Positions 15,708 to 28,733 of a stretch of 64,000 bases of DNA are shown here, piece after piece (the stretch's first letter is position 1; every line of letters starts with the position of its first letter). Source of the DNA: Octopus vulgaris (lineage: Eukaryota); assembly GCA_951406725.2 (NCBI GenBank), contig OX597825.1, positions 53,630,001 through 53,694,000 on the forward strand, in the 5' to 3' direction. The notes beneath the pieces are model-generated. The model worked only from the letters and a program-made list of their open reading frames with translations, did no database searches and was not told the origin of the DNA. A program made the translations under genes and the position numbers.

Positions 15708-16545
15708 GTTAGTTAGTTAGTTAGTTAGTTAGTTAATTTGGCTCAAAAGCAAATAGCAAGGCCATGTAGGAGGACATGGAGTTAAGTACAGGGTGGTGTT
15801 CATGTAAAGAGTTCAGGCCACTTGAGGTCCAGGGAGGCTTTGAACAAAGCGGTCGTCGGCATCTTCACCATCTCGTCTGGCAGCTTGTTTCACGGATCCG
15901 CAACCCGGACGGAGAAAGCTCCTCTCCTTCGATTGAGATGAAATCGTCGCCGGTAGAGCTTTTCGGAATGACCCCGCAGCCGACGCTCTGGAGCAGGAGT
16001 GAAGAACAGCTCTTTCGAGAGGTTACACTTTCTGCTTATGATGTTGTGGGCGAGAATAAGATCACCACGGCGGCGGCGTTTTTCAAGAGAATAAAGGTCG
16101 AGCGTCCTCAGCCTTTCTTCGTAGCACAAATTTTTGAGACCATGAACCATGCGGGTAGCCAGCTTCTGGACTCTTTCGAGATGCTGTATGTCTTTGAGGA
16201 GATAAGGAGAAGAGGCTTGAATCCCATACTCCAGTATGGGTCTCACCAGCGTGACATAGAGTGGTAGGAATATGGCTGCTGTGAGCATTCCGAATGACCG
16301 TCGAATCAAGAACAGAATTCCGCGTGCTTTGTTGGCAGCATGGACGCACTGGGCCGAAGGCGAAAAGGAGGAATCCACCAAGATACCCAGGTCCTTTACC
16401 TGATCGTCCTCTCCAGCAGCAGACGACCCGGCTCGAAATCAAGTTGAGTTGCAGGAGTAGAGCCGACAGGCAGATGACAGCACTTTGACACGTTCAGACA
16501 CAGGTCCCAATCGTTAGACCACTTCCAAATTTGGTGGAGGCATCG
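15708..16545 (-). mobile_element. 5'-truncated CR1-clade LINE (RT C-terminus, 3' UTR, (TAAC)n tail)
   Basis: ORF 15890-16381: ANKARGILFLIRRSF..LYVTLVRPILEY..IQHLERVQKLATRMV..YEERLRTLDLYSLEKRRRRGDLI; KDLG motif upstream; (GTTA)n at 15708-15735. Confidence 0.92.
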
Positions 16546-17708
16546 ACATGAGAGGAGGATGTTGTGTAAGATTGGAACAATGGGAGAAGATACAAGGTAA
16601 ACTACAAAAGGTAAATAAGAAAAGAAAAAGCAATGTGACCTTAACCAAAAGCCATCTTTACAGTTTACCATGTGCCTTTTTCGCATTGTTCTGGCCTAAC
16701 ACAACAAACTTCTTTAAAGTTATACCTCACAATACTTTACCAAAATTACCTTATAAATGCGGGTGGGAGATTATTCATATCATGAAGTCACACATTATAT
16801 TCCAATTATATTATGTTACTGTTATATTATCTTACTGCAAAACATATACCAGTAACATAGGTGCAATAAGGTTTAGGGAATTACAGATTTAGTTGAATTA
16901 ATTTCCAAGAGAGATAGACAGTTTTGTATCAGTAGAAAATCACATCAAAACTGGTTTGAGGTAGAGGAATGTCCTTTTATGATCTAGGCATCTCATTTCA
17001 AGTTCTTGTGTCTTACTAAGCTGGTTACCGGATATGTTAATATATCATATACTTCGCCGCGGCGCAACATACAGCCGTACCTGTTTTGATTATTTTATCA
17101 TTGTACGTATATACATACACATGTGTATGTGCATGTATGCATGTATATATATATATATATATATCAAGCCTAATCATGTATCATCTGCATCACGATTTCC
17201 ATATCAGCTTGCCTGAATTTTTTTATAGTCACTTCATACCCCACAAACTTAGTCTTCGATAAAGGTTTTAAAGTGTAAGTTCAACTTATTTGAGCAAAAC
17301 TACGTGTTCAATCTTTTTTTAAATATACTGAACTTTAGCGACATCAGCGCCAGTTTCGGCTAGGTATTTTTACGTATATCGTTAGCACGGCTGTTGCTCC
17401 TCTTTTCAGTCTCTTGGTATCTATCATTGATAAGGTTAAATCACATAGATATCACATGATCTGGTCGAACAACGAAAGTAGTGGTGATTGCTTTTATGCA
17501 TCAGTTAACCATATGAGAGTTTTCCCTGTTGGTAAAATATATATATTGCAGTATTTGTGTGTTGTAAGGCAACATCCACTTTTAACTGGTGGTTATTTTA
17601 CCTTTAGATATTAAATACTGCCTGTATTGTTCTATTTATTATATATGTATATATGTGTCTGCGTGTGTGTTTCTACACGTGGGGGGTGTGTGTGAGTGTG
17701 TGTGTTTG

Positions 17709-17870
17709 TGTGGAGGTTGTGGCTTACAAATATTGAACATATGAGTGTAGTCTCGATTCCTCCCCGGGTGACGAGTTGTGCGCCTGAGTAAAACACTTTC
17801 CTCTTGCTCCAACTCACTCAACTAGCAAAAGCGAGAAAATCTGCGATGGACCAGCGTGAAATATATGCAC
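17709..17870 (+). mobile_element. Degenerate copy of the CORE/V-like SINE
   Basis: GTGGAGG..GTGGCTTA..TCGATTCC..GAGTAAAACACTT..TTGCTCCAACTCACTCAACTAGCAAAA similar to 5453-5702. Confidence 0.6.
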
Positions 17871-17963
17871 CACAGGAGGTGGAATGCCAGCCCTCTAGAT
17901 CAAAATTTCTCGGGGAAGGATCTTTATATTTTTTTTTGCCTCTGTGCCATATAAATAAATAAG

Positions 17964-18028
<65 letters not shown>

Positions 18029-18041
18029 TTACATACACAAA

Positions 18042-18888
18042 CAGGCATACCTCGGTTTAACTCGTTTTAGTTTGAGTTGTTCCCGATTATACGTCTGCCG
18101 GTCAAACGTTGGTTTTCAAACGTAATATATAGACAAATAAAAAAAAAGTTAAGTCATTTTACTTGACTTTACGCCTTTCCGCCACAAATATCGGAATCGT
18201 AAAATCACTAGAAAATCGTTAAAAGCACATAAAATCATGTTACTGTACAATAATTAAGAATAAAAGCATATAAAATCACATCAAAATATATAGGGTAAAT
18301 GTGAAGATACACAGCATAAAGTAGTGTAGCTTAGGGAATGAAATCATAAAATCATCTGTTGTCTTATTTATCAGTCTTTCGGAGCTCAAATTGCACTGTA
18401 GTTCCAATATCTACCATTAGGCATCATTGTCACTAGTGACTGCCGCGATTGTTTTGAATCCAGATTTGATTACATCTATTTATCGGCTACTTTGTCATTC
18501 TCATTCATTTGTGACTTTATATTTTGCTCCCATGGCTCCTACGAAAATTCATAGTGAAAGTGCTAAGCGTCTTGCTATGGCGCTGGAAGATAAACTGCTT
18601 ATGATAAAACGCAATAAAAAAGATGAAAAATTAGAAGCATTGCACAATCTTTTGGGATGAGTCGGACAACTTTATCGACGATTGAACATAGGAAAGACAA
18701 GGTTTTAACACGGTTTTTATTATACATGTATTTTTGAAAATGAATTCATAAATAAAGCACATAACTGGGAAAGGCTATTATCTGTTTAGCCTAGAGACAA
18801 ATAAATTCGGCCTAACCTGTATACATGTTAATTAGACTTAAGTCATGTCTCCTGGAACCAATTAACGACGTAGGTTCAGGTGTACCTG
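18042..18888 (+). mobile_element. Tigger/pogo-like DNA transposon, internally deleted
   Basis: TIRs CAGGCATACCTCG ... AGGTGTACCTG followed by TA; 18532-18685 encodes MAP..KRLAMALEDKLLMIKR..LGMSRTTLSTI (CENP-B/psq-type HTH, frameshifted). Confidence 0.75.
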
Positions 18889-19397
18889 TATATGTAACTA
18901 AGCGTAAGAAAATAGAAAACTCCCGTACATGGAATATATTATAACGATAATTTCCTTTGGAAAATATGAAATTAGATCAACCTGTTATTAAACACACATA
19001 CACTACACATCACATATATGTGTATGTTTATATGTATATTTACGTTCATATGTATATAACACAAACATATCACGTATATATACATATAAGTGCGTGAGGG
19101 TGCAACTATACCGTTCTGTTGAAAAATATACAGTATATTAATGTATCAATATATATATAATACCATTGACGTACGTGAATACAAAGAAAGACAGGGATAC
19201 TGAGATAAAGAAAGACATACAGAAGTTGTAGACTTTCTTACATTTTTAGTTACTAAGACAGCAAACATAAACCTCAAACTTTCGCTATTTGAAACGCGTA
19301 TTTTATACACGTGGTTTGATAACCAGACTCCAAAGAATCGGTCTTAATTATTTCAGTGGTATACATAAATATGTATGTATGTATGTATATATGTATG

Positions 19398-19454
<57 letters not shown>

Positions 19455-19733
19455 CTATATATGTATGTATGTGTATATATATAGAGAGATAGCTAGATAG
19501 ATGGATAGATAGATAGATAGATGTGTGTGTCCATGCGTGTGTATATATATATATATATATATGCATATATATACATATATATATATATGCGTGTGTGTGT
19601 GTGTGTGTAGACACATACACACACGCACATAACCTCTTTAAAAGCATTTTTATCAACACATCCAGTATTTCCAAATCATAAATCACTACTGAAATTACAA
19701 AGGACTAAACAGCCATTGTTTCAGTTCTTCATC

Positions 19734-19791
<58 letters not shown>

Positions 19792-20066
19792 CTTTAGTTC
19801 TTTCTTCTTTCAACGCCAGAATGTCCAGTTCTTTATTTCTTCATGATATTTACGGTTTTCTTCTTGTTTATGCCCACACGCAAGTTTTATATTTCCCTTA
19901 TATATACACAGAGTATCACAGATAACGACGGCACTTAAGTATTTGAATATGTGTGTTGGTTTGTGAATAGTTGTTTTTGAGAATCCTTACACATATTGGT
20001 GCACTGGTACCGATACGTATGCAAGGCTACGTACATACAAACATAAATATCTGTATATATGCATAT

Positions 20067-20106
<40 letters not shown>

Positions 20107-20382
20107 TATGTATGTATAAAGGAGGGAGTGAGGGAGGAGACGGAAAGAGAGGATAAACATATCACTTACGAACACACATTTATTATACTTAAGTATGAAT
20201 TGTGAACGGACATATATTAATCGTGCTCATATATTTATAATATGTGCATATGTAAATATAATTATTATCAACATACACAGATCATATATCAGCATATATA
20301 CATATTCATATACATATATTTCTTTATTGAATTACATACATGCTGATATATATATATATATATATATATACAGAGAGAGAGA

Positions 20383-20450
<68 letters not shown>

Positions 20451-20629
20451 ATGTATATATATACACTTATACACATACATAGATATATATACACATATAG
20501 AGATACATACATATATGTACATGTATATATATTTATTATATATATATATATACATGCATATACACATATATATGCACGTACATACATACCTGTATAAATG
20601 AACATTTTTAATATGTATTATTATAACAT

Positions 20630-20753
20630 GTATGGATATGCTCGCTTAATGAATTATATATATACATGTTCTTTCGCATACGTATTACTGTATGGATATG
20701 CTCGCTTAATGAATTATATATATACATGTTCTTGTCGCATACGTATTACTGTA
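20630..20753. repeat. 60-bp tandem duplication
   Basis: GTATGGATATGCTCGCTTAATGAATTATATATATACATGTTCTT..CGCATACGTATTACT occurs twice. Confidence 0.9.
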
Positions 20754-21390
20754 TGTCTATTTCTGTATAATTATGCATATTTATGCATATATCTGTTTGT
20801 AAGTATTTGCCTATCTACGAGTACGTGTAAGAGCTTTTACATGAATGTCATTGTGTGAGTATATGTGACCATAAATGCAATCACACACGAATAGTCATAT
20901 GTGTGTTCATGAACACATATATATACACATTTATGGATGTATAGGAATGGACGTTCATACACATTTACCCTTGTTATATTCTGCAATTGTTTAAGTTACA
21001 CTTCTTTCTTAGATATTCAACAGTTCCTTCAGATATGTTTTCGCGCCTATGTGAGTGAGTAATATAGTATCGGTAACTACGTATGCACATGTCATTATTG
21101 TACTATCTCCAGTACCAAAGCGTTACGCTATATGGCTGAACAATTCTCTACGGCCAGATATATGGCCTTACCACTGATGACTTTTATTATTCACTCATAA
21201 AATAACATACCGTCATTCTGAGATTTTATAAGAGAACCTAATCTTTCATGTGTTTATACACGTACACAAAAACACAGCCAACCAAACCTACACGCACAAG
21301 CACACACACATAAATATAACATAGATATGCATATACACTTAAATATAAATGTATGTGCCTGTAAATATATACATATATATGTGTGTATAC

Positions 21391-21440
<50 letters not shown>

Positions 21441-22795
21441 ATATATATATGTACGCGCGTACAAACACTCACACACAATACACATACATGTCTGCATAGA
21501 TGTGTGGTATTTGTATATGTTTATTCATATTCATTATACATAGGAATTTGTTTTAGCTGTGTTACTCGATACAAACAGTTAAACGAATATGTACAAGTCA
21601 ACTCCATTGATATTCTTCGTAGTAAATAATCAAGTTAAATTGGAGAAAATATTGCACAACTAAAGTACATTTGGTACTGACCGTAATCTCATATTAACTC
21701 TTCATTCAAATGTATTAATAAGCCACATACTTCTGAATAAATCTCAAGGTAGCATAGTACTTAAAATTTTCGAACTATAATACTGCTTATCTATTTTAAT
21801 AAAATATTTATCAATATCTATAAAGCTGAAATGCGAAAGTGTTGTTTAATTTCTTGGTTATTTTTCTGATTATGGGATGGGAACAGTAGATGGGGTTAGA
21901 TTGGCGCCAGAATTTACAATGGAGGTACGATGGGGTGACCATTGGTGTGAGGAGGGTTGCAAGTCGCTCGGGCTCCCGTTTGTTTGCCATGGTGAGGAAT
22001 ATGGGAAAAATTGAGTTTTATGGGATAAGCAGGTTGCGCTATTTGAATAATGGTGGCTTTTTGTGTTGCTGCGGAGGCTAGAGGCGGTTGTCTTTAATTG
22101 TAAGTGTAAAAGTTTGGGAGTTTTTGGAAATGAGGGTAAAGAAGAGGGCAATAAAAAGAACCAGGCAAAGAAGACGAACAAAAGAAGAAAGGGAAAAGGA
22201 GACAACACGCACAAAACAACACCAACACCAAAACCCGAGCGAAGCACGATCAAAATAGCTAGTCTATCATAATAAAATGAATATATTCATTGTAAATGAT
22301 TTGCCATATATGTTTAAATTTCTTCATGAATTCACTTACAATATATTATACTACACTGTTGCACCCAGAAAAGGACGAAACACTCTCCAGATTAAGAATC
22401 CGAAAATAATAGAACAAAGAATAGTGATATTTGTGGAAGAACTTTCTAATACAAATCATCTCCTTTTACATGAAGTATCTTAGCACAAAACCAGATGTAA
22501 TTAAGAAATGACATAGGAATGTCAATGTCATAGTACTGATGCTGTGAGAATTTCAGAAGAATTCAAATAATTTAACAATGAATCTAGGAAATGATATCTA
22601 AAGTAAAATAGCCCAAGCATCAATCTATCTTCTTTTATTAATTATATTTCCACACAAAATCCTTTATGAAATCTAATAGCATATTTCTATCGTGGGATTA
22701 AACCTACAAATGATAGGTAAATTATATACTAATACGTAGATGAACCTTCTTTGCAGTAATACCATCGTCTTGTGTAGAAATGTCCATATATATAT

Positions 22796-23189
22796 TCTTT
22801 TACTTGTTTCAGTCATTTGACTGCGGCCTTGCTGGAGCACCACCTTTAGTCGAGCAAATCGACCGCGGGACTTATTTTTTTACAAACCCAGTACTTATTC
22901 TATCGGTCCCTTTTTGCCGAACCGCTAAGTGACGGGGACGTAAACACACCAGCATCGGTTTTCAAGCAATGCTAAGGGAACAAACACAGGCACACAAACA
23001 CACACACATACATATGTACATATATACGACAGGCTTCTTTCAGTTTCTGTCTACCAAATCCACTCACAAGGCATTGGTCGGCCCGGGGCTAAAGCAGAAG
23101 ACACTTGCCCAAGATGCCACGCAGTGGGACTGAACCCGGAACTATGAGGTTGGTTAGCAAGCTACTTACCACACAGTCACTCCTGCGCC

Positions 23190-23190
<1 letters not shown>
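22796..23190 (-). mobile_element. tRNA-derived SINE, third family, copy 1 of tandem pair
   Basis: Minus AGGCGCAGGAGTGACTGTGTGGTAAG..GGTTCAGTCCC..TCTTGGGCAAGTGTCTT; internal CA/TA microsatellite. Confidence 0.85.
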
Positions 23191-23239
<49 letters not shown>

Positions 23240-23648
23240 CTCTTTTACTCTTCTACTTGTTTCAGTCATTTGACTGCGGCCATGCTGGAGCAACGCCTTC
23301 AGTCGACCAAATCGACCCCGGAACTTATTCTTTGTAAGCCCAGTACTTATTCTATCGGTCTCTTTTGCCGAACCGCTAAGTGACGGGGACGTAAACACAC
23401 CAGCATCGGTTGTCAAGCAATGCTAGGGGGGACAAACACACAAACACATGCACACACATACATATACATATATATACATATATACGACAGGCTTCTTTCA
23501 GTTTCTGTCTACCAAATCCACTCACAAGGCATTGGTCGGCCCGAGGCTATAGCAGAAGACACTTGCCCAAGAGGCCACGCAGTGGGACTGAACCCGCAAC
23601 CGCGTGGTTGGTTAGCAAGCTACTTACCACACAGCCACTCCTGCGCCT
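23240..23648 (-). mobile_element. tRNA-derived SINE, third family, copy 2
   Basis: Direct repeat of 22796-23190 separated by (TA)n. Confidence 0.85.
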
Positions 23649-23671
23649 ATATATATATATATATATATATA

Positions 23672-24055
23672 CTAGCAGTATCGCCCGGCGTTGCTCAGGT
23701 TTGTAAGGGAATTAACTATAAAGCATTTTTAGAGAGTTATAGCCAAAAAATAGCAAAAAAATGGAAAAAAAATGATGGTAAATTTTTTTGAGAGTTAAAA
23801 AAGGTGGAGTTGCGTCCCCTAGACAGTTTGCGGTTTGTGTTTCGTTTTCTCGACCCCATGTCGAATTTATCGATTTTTTTCAGAACTGGGGGAACTTTTC
23901 AAAATTTTCGCTGCGTTAGTTTTGAATTATGACATTGGGCTATGTGTGTGTCAAGTTTCATCAGAATCGGTTGAAAGCCGTGGTCAGGGTGAGGGTACAA
24001 GAAAACAGACACACAGAAACACGCACAGACAAACTGCCGTTTATATAGAGAGAGA
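23672..24055 (-). mobile_element. Non-autonomous Helitron-like element
   Basis: Minus strand 5'-TC(TCTCTATATAAACGGC..GTCTG repeats) ... GAGCAACGCCGGG subterminal hairpin ... CTAG-3', inserted between A and T. Confidence 0.75.
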
Positions 24056-24621
24056 TTGTTATATTTCGGAATGGTCATTTTGCCAGTTTAGCCAATAAAA
24101 ACACACGCACTATATATTTGGTGTTACTTTGCTTCAGTGTTATTTATTTTTTACATTAATCTTAATCTTATTTCGGCCAGAGTTCTTTCGTCACACTCCT
24201 GTGACCGCATCACTGGTCCTTTGTTTTCTTCTCACTTATTTGTGTCTCTCCTTACTAACCGTCAGCCATTTTGTATTTCTATTGTATGTCTTCATTTGCG
24301 CATGCTTATATCTCTATGTGCGTTTATGTTTATTTAGTGTGTGTATGTGGGGGATGCCTGTAATATTTGTATCTTCTGTTTATATATGTTCATGTAATTT
24401 GTAATTTTATATGTTCATGTAATTTGTATTTTGTTTTTTGTTCTTTGTTTTGCTTTTTTTGTTTTTTTGTTTTTTGTTGTTAGTTTTTGTTTATTCTTAT
24501 TTTGTTCATGTGTTTACATCCACCCATTATTATCATTATATATGCTTGTATGTATGTATGTATAACAACAATACTAGTAATAATAATAAATTGAATCGAA
24601 ATACACAGATAAATAAATAAA

Positions 24622-24660
<39 letters not shown>

Positions 24661-24671
24661 ATATGTATATG

Positions 24672-24724
<53 letters not shown>

Positions 24725-25268
24725 TCGATTCAATTTATTATTATTATTACTAGTATTGTTGTCATACATACATACATACATACAAGCATATGTAATGATA
24801 ATAATGGGTGGATGTAAACACATGAACAAAATAAGAATAAACCAAAACAAACAACAAACAACAAAAAACAAAAAAAAACAAAAAAAAATACAAAATACAA
24901 ATTACATCAACATATAAAATTACAAATTACATGAACATATATAAACAGAAGATACAAATCTTACAGGCATTCCCCACATACACACACTAAATAAACATAA
25001 ATGCACATAGAGATATAAGCATGCGCAAATGAAGACATGCAATAGAAATACAAAATGGCTGACGGTTAGCAAGGAGAGACACAAATAATTGAGAAGAAAA
25101 CAAAGGACCAGTGATGCGGTCACAGGAGTGTGACGAAAGAACTCTGGCCGAAATAAGATTAAGATTAATGTAAAAAATAAATAACACTGAAGCAAAGTAA
25201 CACCAAATATATAGTGCGTGTGTTTTTATTGGCTAAACTGGCAAAATGACCATTCCGAAATATAACAA
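24056..25268. repeat. Large near-perfect inverted repeat (about 550-bp arms, TA-rich spacer); probable PLE pLTR fold-back
   Basis: 24056-24602 is the reverse complement of 24723-25268 with few substitutions and indels; mirrored ORFs in the ORF track. Confidence 0.9.
25105..25149 (+). ncRNA. Hammerhead-like motif with non-canonical core (mirror copy 24175-24219, minus)
   Basis: ggacca-GTGATGC-g-gtcaca(ggag)tgtgac-GAAA-gaac-TC-tggcc. Confidence 0.45.
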
Positions 25269-25324
25269 TATCTGTTTCAACACACGACTTCACATAAAAA
25301 ATCTTGCACAACAAATATTTAAAC

Positions 25325-25367
<43 letters not shown>

Positions 25368-26298
25368 TGTAAAATGTTTGAATTTAGATTCGTCCTTTAT
25401 TTTGGTGGTATCCAAAAGAGATTTCTAATAATGATCTTTCATATTTGGTTGGTAGTTTACTGGCATAAATTTGCGAATATGAAAATAATACTTGTATTTT
25501 ATGCATTGCGAATTTATGGAAAGGAACTGAACAATTTAGTCAAAAATGGAGAAGAGAAGGTGTTGAAATATATAAAAGAATTTTAATTCATTCAGACAGT
25601 CGTTCATTAGAGAGATATAAAAATCATACAAATTTATGGTTGAATTGAATTAAATTAAATTAATTATATATCAATGTACTCTTCAGTGCAAGAAGTATAA
25701 GCAAAATTTTCATAAAACTAGCTTGAGAAAGGAAATAGCAGAATAGAAGCTAGGAGATTCATATTTATCCTTATGAGAAAAAGGAAGGTGAGGTCAGTTA
25801 TGTATTATGTATAACTAAATGGTACAACAATTATTTGAAAATATAAGTAGAAGAGTTTTCAAAGATGTTCTCTCTATAAATGAGTTGAAAGATTAGAAAT
25901 TCAAACTCCAAATAAGTCACGTAGGGCAAAAATTGTACAGAAATGTCCAATCGACAGGCATGGCTATATTTGAATTAAAATATGACCTGACGGTTTAAAA
26001 CAATACTTAGTGTGGTGTATATTTTAAAAAAACGTTAATACATGAGAATGAAGTTAATCTATCAATGTGGATCGATACAGGCCAAATACCCCGAAAGTAG
26101 TCAGTGGACGCTTCAACCAGCATGAGGAAGGTGATGTACTCTCCTGGCCGAAGGTCGTAATTTGTAATGGACAAAGGCTTGTGTGTCACATAGCTGGCTA
26201 GAGGCGATGGCTTGGAGCTAATCAACGGCAGCACTCGTCCCTATTCTTCTGGACTGCCATGTTAGCTTGGCGATAATTATTAATACCCAGTACTGCTG

Positions 26299-26331
<33 letters not shown>

Positions 26332-26406
26332 CTGCCTATATATATATATATAACTCTCCATATATATATATATATATATATATATCTATATATATATATA
26401 TATATA

Positions 26407-27660
26407 GGGAGAGTTTACGAAAAAAACAAAACACGAAGACAGGTGGTGTACAAAACAAACAGATGTATTAGTATAACGCTCGGGAATAGAAAAAAGTCTT
26501 TTACGTTTCGAGAGCCTACACACTTCTACAGAAAGGGACACAGAAAAAACAAGGAGAGAAACAAATGTGTGTAGTGGCTAACGATCTATCATGGAGACTG
26601 ACTCGGACAGAAGGGTCACACACGAGAGGGGAAAGTAGGGGAGATAACAAAGTAAAGATGACCCCCTCCAACACGAAGGTGCGTGTGTGTATGAGAGAGT
26701 ATGTATGTGCGTGTGAAAGAGGGCTGGTGGTCTGAACGTGTGCGTGTATGTATGTGTAGGTGTGAAAATGTGGGGATGGGTGTGTGGATGGTGTGTTGTG
26801 GTGTGATATGTAATGTTGTATGCTGTAGTTTGGTGTGGTGTGATGTTGTTGGGAGGTGGGGGAGGCGAGAGTGGGGAAAGCACGGGTAGGGTGTGGGTTC
26901 GGCTGAGGGTTCAGGTAGAGTTGGGATTTGTGGGTAGGTAGAGGGTTGGGGTAGAGGTGGGGTATGTGGGAGAGGGTGTGTGGGATAGGGAGATGGGATG
27001 GGGGATGGGAAGGATAGGGAAGTTGGAATAGGAATGTGCAAGGGTGAGTGGGCTTACTGGGAGAGCGGAAGGTGGGTATGTGAGGAGAGAGAGGAGGAGA
27101 GAAGAGAGGAAGAGAGTAAGAGAGAAGAGAGAAAGAGAATAAGAGAGAAGAGAGAAAGAGGGAAGAGAGATAGAGAGTAAGAGAGAACAGAGAAAGAGAG
27201 TTGAGAGAAAGAGAGTAAGAGAAAAGAGGGAAGGAGAGGAGAGAAAGAGAGAAAGAGAGTAAGAGAGAAGGGGGAAAAAGAGTAGGGGTGAAGAGAAGTA
27301 GAAGTGAAGAGAAGTAGGAGTGAAGAGAAGTAGGAGTGAAGAGAAGTAGGAGTGAAGAGAAGTAGGAGTCGGGGCATGAGAGGAGAGTTGGGTGGGAGGA
27401 AGGAGGAGGGAGGGGAGATAGAGGAGAGAAGAGAGTGAGGGAGCAGAGAGAAAGAGAGAAGAGAGAAAGAGAGTAAGAAAGAAGAGGGAAAGAGAGTTGG
27501 GGTGAAGACATGTAGGAGTGAAGAGAAGTAGGAGTCGGGGAGGCAGTTAGATGAAGAGGGGAGGAGAGTTGAGCCCAAATGACGTAGAAGAACGAAGAGA
27601 GAAGATTAATTCCTGTTCAGGGCGCAAACGGGAGTCCGGATGGCCTAGTGATGGATATAT
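26407..27660 (-). mobile_element. Penelope-like element 3' end (GIY-YIG C-terminus, long 3' UTR, HHR-like motif)
   Basis: Minus ORF end GHPDSRLRPEQELIFSLRSSTSFGLN matches the PLE 'R..E..LIF.L....P.GLN' terminus; cttt-CTGTAGA..GAAA-cg-TA-aaag at 26498-26535; inserted in (TA)n. Confidence 0.7.
27287..27369. repeat. 16-bp minisatellite (GAGTGAAGAGAAGTAG) x ~5 in a purine-rich tract
   Basis: Directly visible. Confidence 0.85.
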
Positions 27661-27814
27661 GGGTACAGGGCATCGCCAACTGTGTAAACAACATGAAATA
27701 CGAAAAAACCGATTTAAATACGCAAACAACGAGAGAAAAAGTGGAGAACAGGACAAGTAATTACAAAAAACGCCCCTTCATTATTTGTCGGCTGTCTATC
27801 TACTCCTCATTTCC

Positions 27815-27845
<31 letters not shown>

Positions 27846-27846
27846 C

Positions 27847-27922
<76 letters not shown>

Positions 27923-28021
27923 TCAATATAGGGTGGCAAAAAAAAATTTTGTAGAATTCTTTTGCCACCAGCGGCCTAGTAGGAAAAAATTAAATAGTCA
28001 TAGACCATTTTTAAGTTCAAC

Positions 28022-28183
28022 ATCAACAATCAAGGAACGGCCATAATAGGCCGTTCACCCACTAGAAATAACAGCCAAAGCTTCAACCGCAAATAAAAGA
28101 ATTAACTTTTATTTGCGGTTGAAGCTTTGGCTGTTATTTCTAGTGGGTGAACGGCCTATTATGGCCGTTCCTTGATTGTTGAT
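28022..28183. repeat. Perfect palindrome, 78-bp arms with 6-nt loop
   Basis: 28022-28099 is the exact reverse complement of 28106-28183. Confidence 0.95.
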
Positions 28184-28254
28184 ATATATATATATATATA
28201 TATATTGAGAGACCAAGCTCTATATATGTCGAACTGAGTGATTAATGTCTTCCT

Positions 28255-28395
28255 TCTTTACGTCCAAAATTCATATTCTGCCGAACCCGACTTTACCTTT
28301 CATCCATTTAGAATCGTAAAAATAAGAACCATATGAGATCCCCCCCCCCACTGTAATTTCTGGCCTTGTGCCAAAATTTGAAACGAATATTTTAT
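28255..28395 (+). mobile_element. MetaSINE/MESC-like SINE fragment
   Basis: GCCGA..CGACTTTACCTTTCATCC...AAAATAAGAACC core; tail GGCCTTGTGCCAAAATTTGAAAC. Confidence 0.6.
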
Positions 28396-28682
28396 TGCTA
28401 TCTGTGTAATAATCAGCTGGTTCGTTTGCCCGTTAGACAATAGCTATAGAGATGGAGGGGAAGTGAGTCAGAGACAAAGAGTAAGGAGTGAAGAAAGAGA
28501 GGAAAAGTAGAGAAAGATAACTAATATCAATACACTTAGGCCAAATAGCCACGTGATCACTTGAAGCCAGAGGCACAGAACGAGAGAAAAAGCCGAAAGA
28601 AAAAGGAGAAAGAAGTGTCATGCAATGGGGGTAGGGAAGGAATACTTATTACGAAGTTAGAAAGTTAGCTGAAGGGAAAGGT

Positions 28683-28733
<51 letters not shown>

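Noticed and set aside
21870-22253. 127-aa minus ORF, possibly a retroelement 5' region
   Set aside because: No diagnostic motif could be identified by eye.
24129-25195. Duplicated 91-aa ORFs on opposite strands
   Set aside because: By-product of the inverted repeat; no recognisable domain.
27287-27369. CRISPR-like array
   Set aside because: Contiguous 16-bp units with no unique spacers, in a eukaryotic context.
26516-27511. 331-aa S/L/P-rich ORF
   Set aside because: Low-complexity pyrimidine strand of a PLE 3' UTR.
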